Shown: positions 43,010-56,805 of the stretch, piece by piece | Layout: each line of letters starts with the position of its first letter | How positions within the stretch are numbered: position 1 is the stretch's first letter | From: Saccostrea cucullata | Taxonomy: Eukaryota | NCBI RefSeq assembly: GCF_032062105.1 | Contig: NW_026940558.1 | Coordinates: 1 to 64,000, forward strand | Length of the DNA stretch: 64,000 nucleotides | Direction of reading: 5' to 3' | Position numbers and translations under genes: made by a program | Notes under the pieces: generated by a model | The model's input: only the letters and a program-made list of their open reading frames with translations | Database searches by the model: none | What the model was told of the DNA's origin: nothing

Positions 43010-44848
43010 CAGACCTGGGGTCAATTACTTTGAAATGTAATGCATTAAATTACAATTTCTTTAGAATTTTTATCATTACAATTAAAATTACCATTACTCT
43101 CATTCAGAAAAGTAATTAATTGAATTACAATTACTTTGTTAAAGTAATGAATTACATTACATATTACATTTTATAAGAGAAAAACACAAAACGTATGACC
43201 ACACAACTTATACCTATAAATTAAATTTCACAGTTTGTGCTCGATTTTAAATACACTCTCCCTCAGATCTATTAATCTGAGCGGTATTAGGAGTTTTTAT
43301 TCATGTATCTGTTTATGTAGTTTATTAATCCAATATACAGTTGACAAAGAAAGTGGATCAGAACACTTTCTACAATATTGTAGTTTTGTTCAATATAAAT
43401 CAAGTATTAAAAAACTTAATGGATTAATTAGCACTTCTAATTAACTAAACAGGTTTATTCATTCTTTCATTTATTCTCTCAAAAAAACATATACATGGTA
43501 CAAGAGGTACATATATACATATTTACAATAACTATGGACGAACAGAAGTTACAGAAGGACAGAGTCAAAAAAATTGGTAATAAATATACACAATTTTCGT
43601 AAAAATGATGGATCTGTACTTGTCATCAAGTTACAAAATTTAATCATATTTGGATTTACATAGTATTTCTGCAACAAAAAATCCTTTCGGGTACTATTTA
43701 ATGCATTTTATTAAAGTAAATTATGGAATTCGTCTCCTATCTGATTATTATTACATAAATTGCACACTCTTTCATTTCTTCCAACATTTTTCCATCTACT
43801 CATCTTTATTGGAAGACAATGGTTACATGTTCTGAATTTTGAAAGGATATTTCTAAATTTTCTTGGTAGAATAGTTAAATATTTTTCACATTCAAACTTT
43901 GTTTTAAAAATTCTATATGTAATACCTTTACTGGAATTATTCATATCACTATACCATTTTTGTAAAAACTGGTCTTTGAGCTTTTGGTTTATTGTGGTTG
44001 CAATCCATTTAACACTATGAAAAGTTTGATTAGTCCAAATATTACAGAGCCCCTTTGTATTTTAAAAGAATATTCTGTATGAAAGATATCCAAGGATTAC
44101 TAATCCCATTTTTAGTGTATTTATTATAAAGATGTAAATAAATAAATCTAAAGATCTTATTCTCATTTCCATGTATCAAATTTCCCCAGTAAGATATCAT
44201 TCTTGTATAAATGCGCACATGCCTCGGGTAACATAACGTCCAGTTTCCCCGTATACCATAAAACTCGGTGTAATTCTACTCGATTTTAAGTTTAAAATAT
44301 ATTTCAAAAATCTTAAATGTAGACGTTCGATTTCGATATATAAATATTTTCAAATCCCCATATTTCACATCCATAAAACAAAACAGGAACAACAACTTTT
44401 TCAAAGAGATCTAGCTGACAGTCCAGAGATAGATTATATAAACGATTTTTTCTTATAATGCCGTACATTGCCTTTTGCGCTTGGTTACGTAAGTGTTTCT
44501 TGGCCTTTGAAAAAGACCCTGATCTTGTGAATAAAATACCTAGGTAATTGAAATCTTTAACAGTTTCTAAAACATCGTCATTGTATTTAAATGTATTTTT
44601 GGGGGGTTGTCCTTTTGAAAAAATGACAATTTTTGTTTTCTTAACATTAACATGGAGTTTCCACGTTTTGCAATATACAGAAAATTCATTTAATGCATGT
44701 TGTAAATTATTTGCGGTTTCAGCTAAAATAACCGTATCATCAGCATAAAATAAAATAAACAGCTTGATAAAAATGTTAAAATTATCCTCAATCTCTTTTG
44801 AAAAATTCTCTAAACCGTTAACATTCTTAGTTATTGATATACAATGAA

Positions 44849-45880
44849 AACAAGCATTACGAAAGTATTTCATAAGCAATACATGTCCCCTACCGGGTTC
44901 CCCTTTTCTCTTCGGGGTTTCATTTATTAGAGCCTGTGTATGAAAAATTGTTACTTAAATATGGACATGTCAGTTATTACTTGAATATGAATGAAATGTA
45001 TTGGATCTGCTTTACAAGGAAAGACTCGTGACGTCTTTGAATGCTATTTGACACACACACACATGCTTTGATCAGAACAGCTGAGTTTACATGGTTGAAC
45101 AACAATTTTGTTCCAGAAAAAAATCAATCTTGATCTATATTTGTCACTATAAATGTATCCAGCAAGTTTCAAATCATGATAATCTCGTTTAGAACATTAA
45201 TGCAGTAGTGCATCACGACATTAATTTAGTGCATCACGAACCCTTTTGTGAATCCAATTATTAAATAAAAAAAATAAAAATACCACAATTCCTTCAGAAA
45301 TGAATGAAGTAGAACGAAATGCAAACTTGATCTATAACTTATCAATATATAAAAGCTATCCAGCAAGTTTCAATTCATGACAATCTCGTTTAAAAACATA
45401 AATTGAGTGCATCACGACATTAATTTAGTGCATCACGAACCCTACATGTATATTTAACCCAATGATAAAATTAAAAAAAAAAAAAAACAAAAAAAAAAAA
45501 ACATAATTCTTTCAAAAATCAATTAAGCAGAACGAAATGCAAACTCGATCTATAACTAATTAAGGTAAAGTCTCATACTAAAAACCAGCTCAATATTTGT
45601 AAGCGTCAAGGAGAAAAGTGCGGAAAACCCTTAAAAATTGAAAAGGCCGTAATTCCGTAAAAAATCATTGAATCGGAACGATATTCATATTTGATCTGTA
45701 ACTTATCAAGATACACCCACGTACCAAAAATCAGCTCAATTTCTGCCAGCGTTTAGAATAAAAGCGTGGAAAACCAAGTGGGACAGACTGACAGGCAGAC
45801 GGGGACAGACAGCTAGACAGACAGACGGACAGACGCAGAGGAAACCTATAGTCCGCTCCGGTTTCACCGGTAGGGGACTA
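44849..45880 (-). mobile_element. HINE element inserted into the LINE RT
   Basis: Reverse-orientation copy of the 37471-37989 family, with internal tandem units. Confidence 0.8.
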
Positions 45881-48215
45881 ATAAAAAAGGTGAAAGATTT
45901 TCACCAAGTCTAACCTTAACATTGCAGTTGAAAAATTCAGAAGACACACCATTCACGTTAACTCTTGACTTTATGCCTGCATACATATTTCTAATATAGT
46001 TGAAACACTTCCCACTAACACCGTTTGAAAATAATTTGTACCAAAGATCGTCTTTCCATACAGTGTCCTGTTTACAGACAGAAATCCTGTTTAGAATCGA
46101 TGAACGCACAGTATAACCTTTTTTGCTATTTATATGGGCTTGTGACAGAAAATGCATTATCAATATATAGTCTAAAGTAGAATATCTCTTTCTGAAACCT
46201 GTTTGACTCTCATTTATCAGAATGATATTTTCTGCATAGATTTCTAATCGTTTTTTCAAAATACTCGTAAAGAGTTTCCCTTAGCAGCTCAACAATGTGA
46301 TCGGCGATAGTTCTCAGGTTGTGTCGGATCTCCTTTATTTTTATAAATAGTTTTACTTCCGGTGTAACGACGAAAAGTGACCCCCGTAGAATATTGACCA
46401 GGGGGTCATTTTTCTACGTAGAAAAATGACCCAGGGTCAATATTCTACGACAAATGGGGTCATTTTTCGACCGTAGAAAACCATTCCAGACCAGTAATTC
46501 TACGACTACACACACGTTGAAAAATGACCCCCATAGAAATTTGACCCCCTCCATTTTTATAAAATAATAAAACTTTACATCTGTGTCTCCTGAGATTTTG
46601 TTATACTTTCAAATGTAAGGAGGAGGGGTGTACTTTACTCCTTTCATCATATTTGATGGCATAAATTTAAAATGGCATCGTATTAAATCGATGTACCTGG
46701 TATGGAGGGTTTTTTGTTTGCATAATCTCAATGAATAATACTATTAATTTATTGAAGAGCATTAATTTATGACTATATTCTGTGTGTTTTTTCTCAATCA
46801 AAGATTCTGTTCCTATTCTGGTATGATGCGTATGTATCTGATAACCATAAGCTTGTACAAAGGCCGCCGAAATTAGCACTTTTCATCATTTGAATTCAAT
46901 TTTGAAATATTTACAAAACCAAAAAAGATCGTATAGAAGTTAGAAAAGCAATGCACTACATAAAATCAATTCCCTTAGTTCTTACATTTAACTTACATAG
47001 GATTGGATGCATTCTGCTTTAAAATCACAGGCACTAGTTTGACCCATAGTATAATAACACAAGGTATCTAACTCCGATTTACACCGAGTACCCCCCTCCC
47101 TTACAATCGCGCTCGTGTACACTTTCAGAGGAAATGCACGGGTAAACTGTTTATACCTATGTCTTCAACGATAATTTATCTACACAACCATATCTGACAT
47201 GCTTGTCTTTATTTTCTTTTATCTCCGTAATCAGCGGCAAAACTCTGCTCGTCGAGTGGAAAGTAAAACTGTACAATATAATTGGATGTTCTAATCTCGG
47301 GCAAACAGAAAAATTAAAAAAAAAAATTTTGCCTATTTAGGTAGTTTAATATACACTTCTTGGTATGGATAGTGTAACTCTTTTGTAACATCATACCCAA
47401 AACCGTGAGCGCTACGGGCTGTATCCTGTTGTTTTCCTATCAATCAAAATTGTTTTTAAGCATTATATGTAATATTTTAAATAGTTAATTTAAAAAATAC
47501 TATAGTAATATAATTCAGCAATAATAAAATTTGTTAAAGTCTTTATAAATATAGCAGAGCAGACCTGCATATAACTGAATTGCAGCATTGTATCCCGTAT
47601 CAGACTCGGCTACAGACAAATATATAGTTTCGCTCCCTATTGATGAGATTTTTTGGCAGGAACATACTGCACGATTTCGTTTTTCCCCTTTAGAAAAAAA
47701 AAAAATTGATGCTCATTTTTCGAAATTTCAAAAACAAATGTTTGGGTATTAATATGTATTATTTGAGTGGGTTAGGGGAGATTTTTGTGTAAAAATCTAT
47801 AGATAGAATTTACCATAAAATTGTAAGATCTTAGAAAGGTTGTAATTAGTACACTGTACTTCACTTATAATTACTTATATGGCAATTCCATATAATTATG
47901 GTTAAAACGAATGGAATTTAAAAGTTTACGTGTATATAATTCAGAGAAGAGTACTCCGCTTTACGGGTTATTTCTTAGCTAGAGATCTGCCGTATGCTTA
48001 ATGAGTGACAATTTTGAACCCAACACATTTTTCAACAGTAATAGGTTTGTGTGTGCCGTGTGGTGAAAGGACTTAGCATGATTTTTTTTTCAGTGACAAT
48101 TACTTCACATCAACAGTAATATCCCTTGCTTAAAATGCTTGTAAAATTGGATGGCCACGTGGAACACCGTATTGTCATTACAATGCAGAAATTTTGATAG
48201 AAGTTGGAATCTGTC

Positions 48216-51200
48216 TGTGCGGAAATAGTTAACCATTAAACACACACCCGTGTTTTGAAAGGACAGGTACTGGTTAATTCAACCCAAAAATTATTCGTAT
48301 GATAAGCATCACACTCCCCGCCTGAATTGTAAGTAAGTACAATTCACATGTACATAAAACTCAATGCAAAAATTCTTAAACAAAATGTCAGTTAAACCAA
48401 CAGATACAGTCTGCATAGCAATAAACACTGTCAATACATAGAAACAAGAGGTACAATCTGTGTTACTGGTCTAATGTATAAAGATGTCTTTCCATCTTTC
48501 ACAGTCTTTACTTGAACCTTTCGAACGCGTTTGTCCTCACTTGGAAATGTTTTCACCACAATTGACAAAGGCCATTGATTTCTAGCACAGTTTGGATCGT
48601 TCAAAAGAACTATGTCCCCTTCGCAGACGGAGGGTTCATCAGATTTCCATTTTCGACGTGGTTGAAGATTGTGCAAATATTCACATTTCCAGCGAGACCA
48701 GAAAGTATCGGCTAAACTCTGTACGCGTTTCCACTCGCTCTTCAGAATGTCCTTTGAACTGAATGATCCAATAGTGTCTCCAACATCATAATTGTGAGAC
48801 TTCTGCGTGAGTAATAGCGATGGTGATAGTACGGTGGGGTTATCTGGATCACAAGATACAGAGGTAAGAGGTCTGGCATTAACAATGGCTGATACCTCAG
48901 CCATCAGAGTGTTCAATAGATCATGAGTCAAAGTATGCTGATTTGACAGCATCGAGTTAAGAATCCTCTTCACCACCCCAATCAATCGTTCCCATGCTCC
49001 ACCATAATGTGCAGAATGTGGTGGGTTGAATATCCACTTAGAGTTGGATGATATTAAGAACCTCTGCACAGAGTCCTCCTCAACATTTACACGGTCAATG
49101 GCTAGATCATCTAAGGCCCCAATAAAATTTGTGCCTCTGTCAGACCGAAAAATCTTCACTGCACCACGCATAGCAATGAAGCGTCGTAGTGCGTTTATGA
49201 AGGCAGCTGAACTCATGGAGTCGACTAGCTCAATATGTATAGCTCTGGTCACCAGACACGTAAACAGAATTCCCCAACGCTTAGAATTTGCACTGCCCCC
49301 GCGAGTCTTTCGTGTCACTACTTGGTAAGGCCCGAATGCGTCTACCCCAACATTTGAAAATGGCGGTCCTGGTTCTAAGCGGTCCGCTGGCAAGTCAGCC
49401 ATCTTTTGTGTGGAAAGGCGACCCCTCATTTTGCGACAAGGTACACAAGCTGATATCACGGAAGATATCAATCGCTTACATCGAGTTATCCACAATCCAG
49501 CAGAACGAATGACACCTTCGGTAAAGAGTCGGCCTTGATGGGAAACTTCATGATGGTAGTGTCTGACCAATAGCTCAGATATGTGATTCCGACCAGGGAG
49601 AAGTATCGGATGTTTAGATTCAAATGAGAGGAGGGATTTTGCTAAACGTCCACCAACCCTGATAAATCCATCGTTGTCCAGGTATGGATCTAAAGATGAT
49701 ATCTGACTAGTTTTTGAAACAGCTTTGCCAGTCTGGAGGCAACAGATTTCTTCTGGGAATGCTTCCTTCTGAAATTCTTTGAGCACATGATCATGCGCCT
49801 CATGGCGAATATCCACAATACACACAGTCTCACATGGCTGTAAATTTCCCTGACTTCGACGATTTTTCCACTGACGCACAAAAAGCTTCAATCGAGCTAT
49901 CGCATTGACAACAGACTTCCAACGTGAAAAACGCTTGAATCGGGATATACCGAGTCCATGAGTTGGTGCAACACTTGTCATCAGACAACTAGTTCGAATT
50001 TCTTTGTCGGAATCTGGATTTAGCAACTCAAAGGAAACTGGTTCCTTGTCGGTTTCAACAGATGGTGTTGGTCCTCTTAACCATGCACTATTTTGCATAG
50101 CATGGGCGTCAATTGATCGTGTACCATCATCTGCAGGATTCTTGTCTGTGGGTATGTAACTCCATTGGTGTGGAGATGTGGTTGAGTGAATTCTAGCGAC
50201 ACGATTTGCAACGTATGTGTGAAAACGGCGTGATGTATTAAAAATGTACCCAAGTACAATCTTGCTGTCTGTATGGAAACGAAAGTCCTGTAGAGATATA
50301 TCTAAGTGTTGAGAGATTGTTTCAGCAATTTCTACTGCAAGAACTGAGGAACAAAGTTCAAGCCGTGGAACAGTATGACCTTTCAAAGGCGCAACCTTTG
50401 CTTTTCCGAGAATGAACCCCATATGTGTTGGGTCTGTAAGATCAGTAAGATAGGCAACAGCGGCTATTGCCTTCTCGGAGGCATCGCAGTAGATATGAAC
50501 TTCCTTCTGATCGCAACCAGAATACGACACTGGTAAGTATGGTCGAGGAATTCGCACATCATAAAGATCGAGCAATGAACTTCTCCAACGATCCCACTCT
50601 GAAAATAACTCTTCCGGAAGTGGTTCATCCCAGTCAACAGTTCCATGGATCAAGTCTCTGAGCAGGAGTTTCCCTTTGATCACAACAGGTGCCATGAAGC
50701 CCAACGGATCATAAATACTATTTATCGTGGACAAAACACCCCTTCTTGTAAACTGCTGTTTGTCATGGGAAGAACGAAACAAGAATGAATCGGTACCTAG
50801 ATCCCATTTAATGCCCAAACTCGCCTGAACTGGAAGACAATCCTTCCGCAAGTCAAGGTCCTTAATGTCTTTGGCTAGATCGTCAGTGGGAAACGCAGCC
50901 ATGACTTCATGGTTGTTGGACGCGATTTTATGCAAGCGAATATTGCCACCTTGCATCAGAGCTGTTTGTGCATCCTTGACAAGAGTAATCGCACTACTAG
51001 GTGTGGGAAGCGATGCGAGTCCATCATCCACATAAAAATCCTTGTGAATGTACTCAACAACTTTGGGTTCCGCATCTTGAACGCAAAGTCTTAAGCCATA
51101 GGTGGCAACGGAGGGCGAAGGCCGGTTCCCGAATACATGTACACACATTCGATATTGCACAAGGGGCTTGTTCAAATCACAGTCCTCATGCCAAAGAAAT

Positions 51201-54200
51201 CGTAGATAATTTCTATGTTTCGGCTCAACGCGGAAGCAAAAGAACATTTGCTGGATATCTGCGAGTATGGCTACGGGTTCTCTTCTGAATCGCATCAAGA
51301 CTCCAAGAAGACTATTAACCAGATCCGGTCCAGTCAACAGAACATCATTTAACGAAAGTCCATTGAACTTAGCGGAAGAGTCAAATACTACACGTGCCTG
51401 GCCTGGCTTCTGGGGATGGTAGACAGCAAAGATTGGCAGAAACCAACATTCTTCCTCTGGTTGTAACGGAGGAGCCCTCTCTGCATGACCGTTTTTGAGT
51501 ATCTTTTGCATGAATTCAATGAAGTGTGAGGCCTTGACAGAATCGTGCAGTAGACTCCTTTGCAAGTTTCTGGCTCGCTTGAATGCCATTGAATAGTTGT
51601 TGTCCAGTCTAGGTCGATCAGGTCGAAATGGTAGAGGTGATGTCCAGAATCCTTGTTCATCCTTATAGAATCCTGCTCCAACTATGTCTAGAAATTGTCG
51701 ATCCTCCACAGACATGCCCTCTTTCTCATCAAAAGGTGTTTTCAGGAAAACAGGATCGTCGTTCAAACGAAGAACACTCTGACAAGGCTCCATATAGGTA
51801 GGACGTCCATTTGATAATATTTGTGTCTTCAACACGTTGATGCGAGGTGGGACGTGACAACTTCCAAGGCAGGTTTCTCCCACTATGGTCCAGCCTAGAG
51901 GTAATCTCTGTGCAATTGGTTCAATGTCGGAACCAGTACGTTGTTCAAGCACATGGTGTGCCTTCAAAAGGTCTCTTCCAATCAATAAGGAGATGCTGGC
52001 CTTAGGATCTAATGGTGGTATGAACACTTCAATGTCAGAAAGATGTGAGTATGCTCGTGCAACTTCCGGTGTTGGGATCTCACTTCTGTTCTCTGGTATG
52101 AATTCACACTCGGTTACTATTGGCAGATCAAGGCAAACTGTTCTGTCCAAAGATTCTACGACTAGTCCAGATACACGTCTCCCCCATGTGTTAACTTTGC
52201 CTGTGCATGTAGACAAAATGTACGGAGACTGGGTACAGCCAACATCGAGCTTATCAAAGAGATATGGGGTGCCTAAAGTACTGGTACTCTGGTCGTCAAT
52301 AACAACGTAAGTCTTAAACGCATGTTCTACATGATCTTTAGGGTAGATCCACACTAACTGTATCTTCGCACATGATTTGCCAGAGAATCCCTCGCCACAG
52401 ACTGTGGTGCATGCTGCCACAACTTCATCAGCCACTGCTTTAGGTTGAGTCTCCCCGCCATGCGAAGTTGGTAAGTTATGACAGTCACTGTAAGTAGACC
52501 TCTTATCAAAAACTCCGTCCTCATGAAGAGCTGTAGGATGTGCACGCTGACAAACGCTACAAGTAACCTTCTTTTAACACTTTCGAAAGTCATGTTTTTG
52601 AATTTCACAGCATTTCAAACATATCGTTTTTGAACGTAGAAATTGTCTGCGTTTTTCAATTGTCAAAGAGCGAAAGGCACGGCACTGATTGAGAGTGTGG
52701 TTCGAACTCTCATGATAAGGACAGGAAGCTAGCTTGGTATGCAGTTCGGTCTCTTCGGTATCCTTAGTAACTGATGTCTTTTTAGCGGCTACATGTATTT
52801 GCTGTAAAGTCTGTGTTTTCGCCTTCGTCTGCTGACCATAAGTTTGCTGCGATTCATACATAAATGATGGATTATTCTTAATCCTTGCCATTTCCTTCAC
52901 AAACATCAAAAACTCTCTGAATGGAGGATACACAGCACGATAAGTGGTCTGATATTTTGCGGCTCTGTTTGTCCATTTTTCTTGGAGAGATGGCGGTAAT
53001 TTACAAACAATTGGCTTGATCCCCGATGAAGAGTCATAGTACGCAAACTGACTGGCATTAACTGGGTCATCTTTTAAAGAGGCTACTTCAGACAGTAGAT
53101 CTGCCAACTCGTAAAGTCTCTTGGGATCCTTGAGAGTTATTTTCGGAAAATCACTAATACGCAATTTTAAAGCTGATTCTAACATTTCAGGTGTTCCATA
53201 ACACTCGTCAAGCCTCTCCCAAATCAGTCTAAGTGCTCGGCTTGGATTGTGAGGATTTGCATTACGTATACGTAGAGCGGAAACCTTGGATTTACTTCCT
53301 AAGTAGCGAATCATGAGGTCAGCTTGATCAGTCTCATCCACATCCATATCTCTCATAGATCTCAAAAAGTTCGATTTCCAAACTTGGTATGATTCAGCAG
53401 TATCGTCAAATTCCCATTTTCGCTTTGACAACAACTCTTTCTTTAACATGAAAGTGACAAAGTCATTGGCGTGATCAGTCGAAGCACGATGTAGTGAATA
53501 ATCCAAATTTGTAGAGTCCAGTTGACGTGGAGGTTCAAAGGATGCAGTAGTTCGTTGTAGGTAAGGGTGAAATGTTGGGGCTTCTGGTCTTAGTGTTGAG
53601 CCGGAGTTGTCTTTGGTGCTTCTGATTCCGTTAATACGCCTCTGTTCTTCCAAGTGACTTTGGGCAAGTTCAGATTTCACAGTATTGCCATCTAAGGCAT
53701 CTGCAGCAGCGTCAGCCATGGCAGCCTCCTTTTTAAGAGATACACGACGAAGTTCAGTTTCAATGTCCAAAGCTTTCCTTTTAAGTGCGGCTTCCTCTTC
53801 CAAAAACTCCATGGCAGCCCTTGCCGCCTCTGCCCTAGCTCGCTTGTCTTCTGATGAACGATTCGATGATCTTCCATTGACACTACTGCGAGTGTGTAGC
53901 GAATCAATTTCTAGTCTAGCTTTAGCACGCTCCAGCTTCATCAAGGTTCTCTCCACTAGAATATTTTTCAAAGTTCGATCATCTTGGACCCTCTGGTAAA
54001 GCTCTAAACTTTCTTTTGTGTAGCACTTATTTAAATAGTCAAGGTGATGATCTATGAGATCAAAACACTTTCGGGACTCCGCATTTAGTCCAAGCTCTGT
54101 TATATATGGGTCATCACTTTCATTATAGTTAATGAATGACGTCACAATTGTCCATTGATCCTTGATCTGTTGATCAACCCGATTAACACGCGACTGGAAT

Positions 54201-54731
54201 TCCTCATTCTTTTTTCCTGTAAATACTCTGAGACGTTTACTTTCTGTACCTTCTACAGATTCTAACTGATGTGAGGTATCAGCTGTAGAGGGTTGAATGT
54301 TATCCGAGGTTGGATCCATTTTGGCTGATTGGCTCATAATAAGTCCTTTTACTGTGCTGGTATAGTCGGGGACGTCACAGCCAGTTAACCATTAAACAAG
54401 GAACACACATGGATTTGAAAACTGTATTGAATAGGTTTGTGTGTGCGTGTGCGTGTGGTAAAAGGACTGTATGTATGAAACACTTCTAAATTTAAAAGGT
54501 TCAAATACAATGAAACAAGAAATTCATCAAATATAATGCTTGTACAACGCACAAGAAATTAGGTGAATTCCAGCAATTTCAATTTTGACAGCAAACAATA
54601 TGTGCATTTACCTGAAGCTAATAAACATTCAAAAGAGACTAATTTTAATGCAAAAATATAAAAACAAACAAACCCTTTTTACAGGTACTGGTTAATTCAA
54701 CCCAAAAATTATTCGTATGATAAGCATCACA
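48216..54731 (-). mobile_element. Bel-Pao LTR retrotransposon
   Basis: 5' LTR 54353-54731 (TG..CA), shortened and garbled 3' LTR 48216-48313 (51 nt identical to the 5' LTR start), PPT caggcggggag, 5-bp TSD CTGTC at 48211-48215 and 54732-54736. Confidence 0.9.
48431..54337 (-). CDS. Bel-Pao gag-pol polyprotein (gag, Zn knuckles, protease, RT, RNase H, integrase) with one in-frame TAA at 52574-52576
   Basis: ORFs 52574..54337 and 48431..52435 share a frame (CLKCCEIQKHDFRKC*KKVTCSVCQRAHPTALH..SHGGE). Motifs: IDDQS, FYVDDGL, YCDASEKA, TVPRLEL, GVDAFGP, SDRGTNF, GGAWERL. Confidence 0.9.
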
Positions 54732-56805
54732 CTGTCTCTTGTCATGACTTCCGAAAATCCCGGTGTCCGGAATAGCCAAGAATTTTCGGACTGCTGCCAG
54801 TAGGTTTCTGTGCTGGGTTTTTTGACAACACCCATCGAAAGAAACAATCCTAAATAAGCAGACATTTCCTCGGCATCCGTTAAGTACCATCCATGTGTTC
54901 TAGAGTTTGGTTTTATAAGATGGATCTGTTAAAAATTGTTCTGCATACAATTCGTTTCATCTACGAGAATGTCGATAAGTCCTTTTCTGTCCTCTGGATT
55001 GGAAAGTTTTCTGAAATATTCTATTGGATGAGCCTCTATGTCCGTTGGGTCAACGGGACCCATATGCCGTGAGAACGGAAGGATATTGTGCGGATAGTCA
55101 AAATTTCCACATACCGTACGTTTGTCCACAATCTATTGATTTCTGGAATATTTTATTTATATCTGCATCACTTTCTGCGTCTGAATCTTCGGAAATATAA
55201 TCATAATCAGACTCATTGTCTGAAGCAGAATCCATATTGTCCAAATCACGCAAAATGACGTAAGAATGCCGATGACGTCATTTTGGACAATTTTTACGGG
55301 AACTTGTGTGTCTTGAGTATCATTATATAAGTTATAATACTGCTAGTTTAGTATAAAATATTTGATGCAAAATAATATTTTTTCAATTAATTTAAATATT
55401 AGATTTTTTTCAATGTATTATCATGAAAATTTATTTAAAAAACCCAAAATTTCAAAAGATGATTATGCCTGAAAATTGATAAAAATAGATCTCAAGTTGG
55501 TTTCTTTATAAAATAAGTGATATAGATCCTATATGGATAAAGTGTTAATTTCCTTAAAAAATGTACTAGTGTATTAAATGCTACGTAAATTCAATAACAC
55601 TATAATAAAGTATTTGTATACTAGCTCAATTATTTTTAATAAACCAAAGAGATTTTATTTCAATTGACAAGTGATACTAGTAATCAGAATTTAATTGGTA
55701 TGTAAAATTAAAATTAAACCAGATCCGAAAAAGTATGAACTTTCCTTAAGCTTACAGAAATGATCACATCATATTATAAGCTTACCTGTGTGCATTCGCC
55801 TAACAAGAATATTTCTACCAAAACGAATGTTTTTGCATCAAAAAATGACAAGGAGTCATTATTCTACGGGGTCATTTTTCTACAACACACACGGAGAAAA
55901 ACGACCCCAAGACCATAATTTCTACAGAAAAGGGGGTCATTTTTCTATGTAGAATATTGACCAGGGGGTCAAATTTCTACGTAGAAAAATGACCCCCGTT
56001 CAATATTCTACGGGGGTAACTTTTCGTCGTTACACCGGTACTATCCCAGAGTCAAAGATAAAATTAAATAATTTTTCGTATATAGACAGGAACAAAGAAA
56101 TGGTGGTACTAATATGTTCGTTTAGAATATGATCACTTCCGGGAGATTTGTTGTTTTTTTAGGTCTTTCACTGCCGACAAAATTTCATCTTGCGTAATTG
56201 GACAATCAAGTGTTTCATTATATCTACTTTGCTCAGTGAAATTAATTGAATCTGTTTCCTCTAAATCGACCTCATTGATATTTTTGAAGAAGTTAAATAG
56301 ATTGTTCAAATCAGCTTTACATGTGTCATTTTTATTTTGGCTATTTAATATTTTCCAGTATTCCTTTGTGTTGTTTGTTCGCAGTTTTTTAATTTTCTGA
56401 GATAGATCTTGTCTGTACTCAAGTATTGATGAATCCATTACTTTTTTATACTCTTTGCTAGCTAGTTTTAGATTCTTTTTAGATTCTTGGGTTTTAATTC
56501 TATTATGCATTCGTTTAGCTATTTTTTTTTCTCGCTGTTCTGCAATAACGATTGAACCAAGGTTTATCGGGTTTTTTCTTTGCATTTGGAATTTTATGTT
56601 TAATCCCAAACGATTCTTTGATTGTGCTTAAAAACACACTGCAAAGTTTTGACATTACATTACTCTAATGCTCTTTTTCCAGCCCATTTTCCAAATTTTT
56701 CTTCTTTAATTTTCGCAGTGTATATTTATAGCGATCTATACTAGCACGAAAATCGTCTGCTTTGTTTGCACACCATAATTTCACACTTGGCTGATCTTGT
56801 GTTTT

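Larger units (their letters stand above)
47990..55544 (-). pseudogene. piggyBac-type transposase relic interrupted by the Bel-Pao element
   Basis: Acidic N-terminus MDSASDNESD (~55235) and PIEYF..LIDILVDETN. Across the Bel-Pao TSD it reads EMSAYLGLFLSMGVVKKPSTETYW..TPGFSEVMTRDR|FQLLSKFLHCNDN. Candidate end gtg|TTAA at 55544; the other end was not found. Confidence 0.7.
46363..56034. mobile_element. Ginger1-like DNA transposon (non-autonomous, with nested insertions)
   Basis: CCGG|tgtaacgacgaaaag ... cttttcgtcgttaca|CCGG: TGT..ACA termini, 4-bp CCGG TSD and ~180-bp internally repetitive TIRs (gtagaa..tgacccc units). Confidence 0.8.
43455..56620 (-). mobile_element. Decayed RTE-X-like LINE split into three pieces (43455-44848, 45881-46362, 56035-56620)
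   Basis: Collinear RT pieces: CPITQDEI, ESQTGFRKRYSTLD, VRLGENLSPFL, ILFYADDTVI, and C-terminal FRTCNHCLPI..RVCNLC..DEFH. 3' end is a GAAT-type repeat with aataaa. Confidence 0.75.

Noticed and set aside
46359-46362. CCGG as part of the TIR
   Set aside because: CCGG is palindromic, so this is ambiguous, but TGT..ACA termini with a CCGG TSD fit Ginger1 better.
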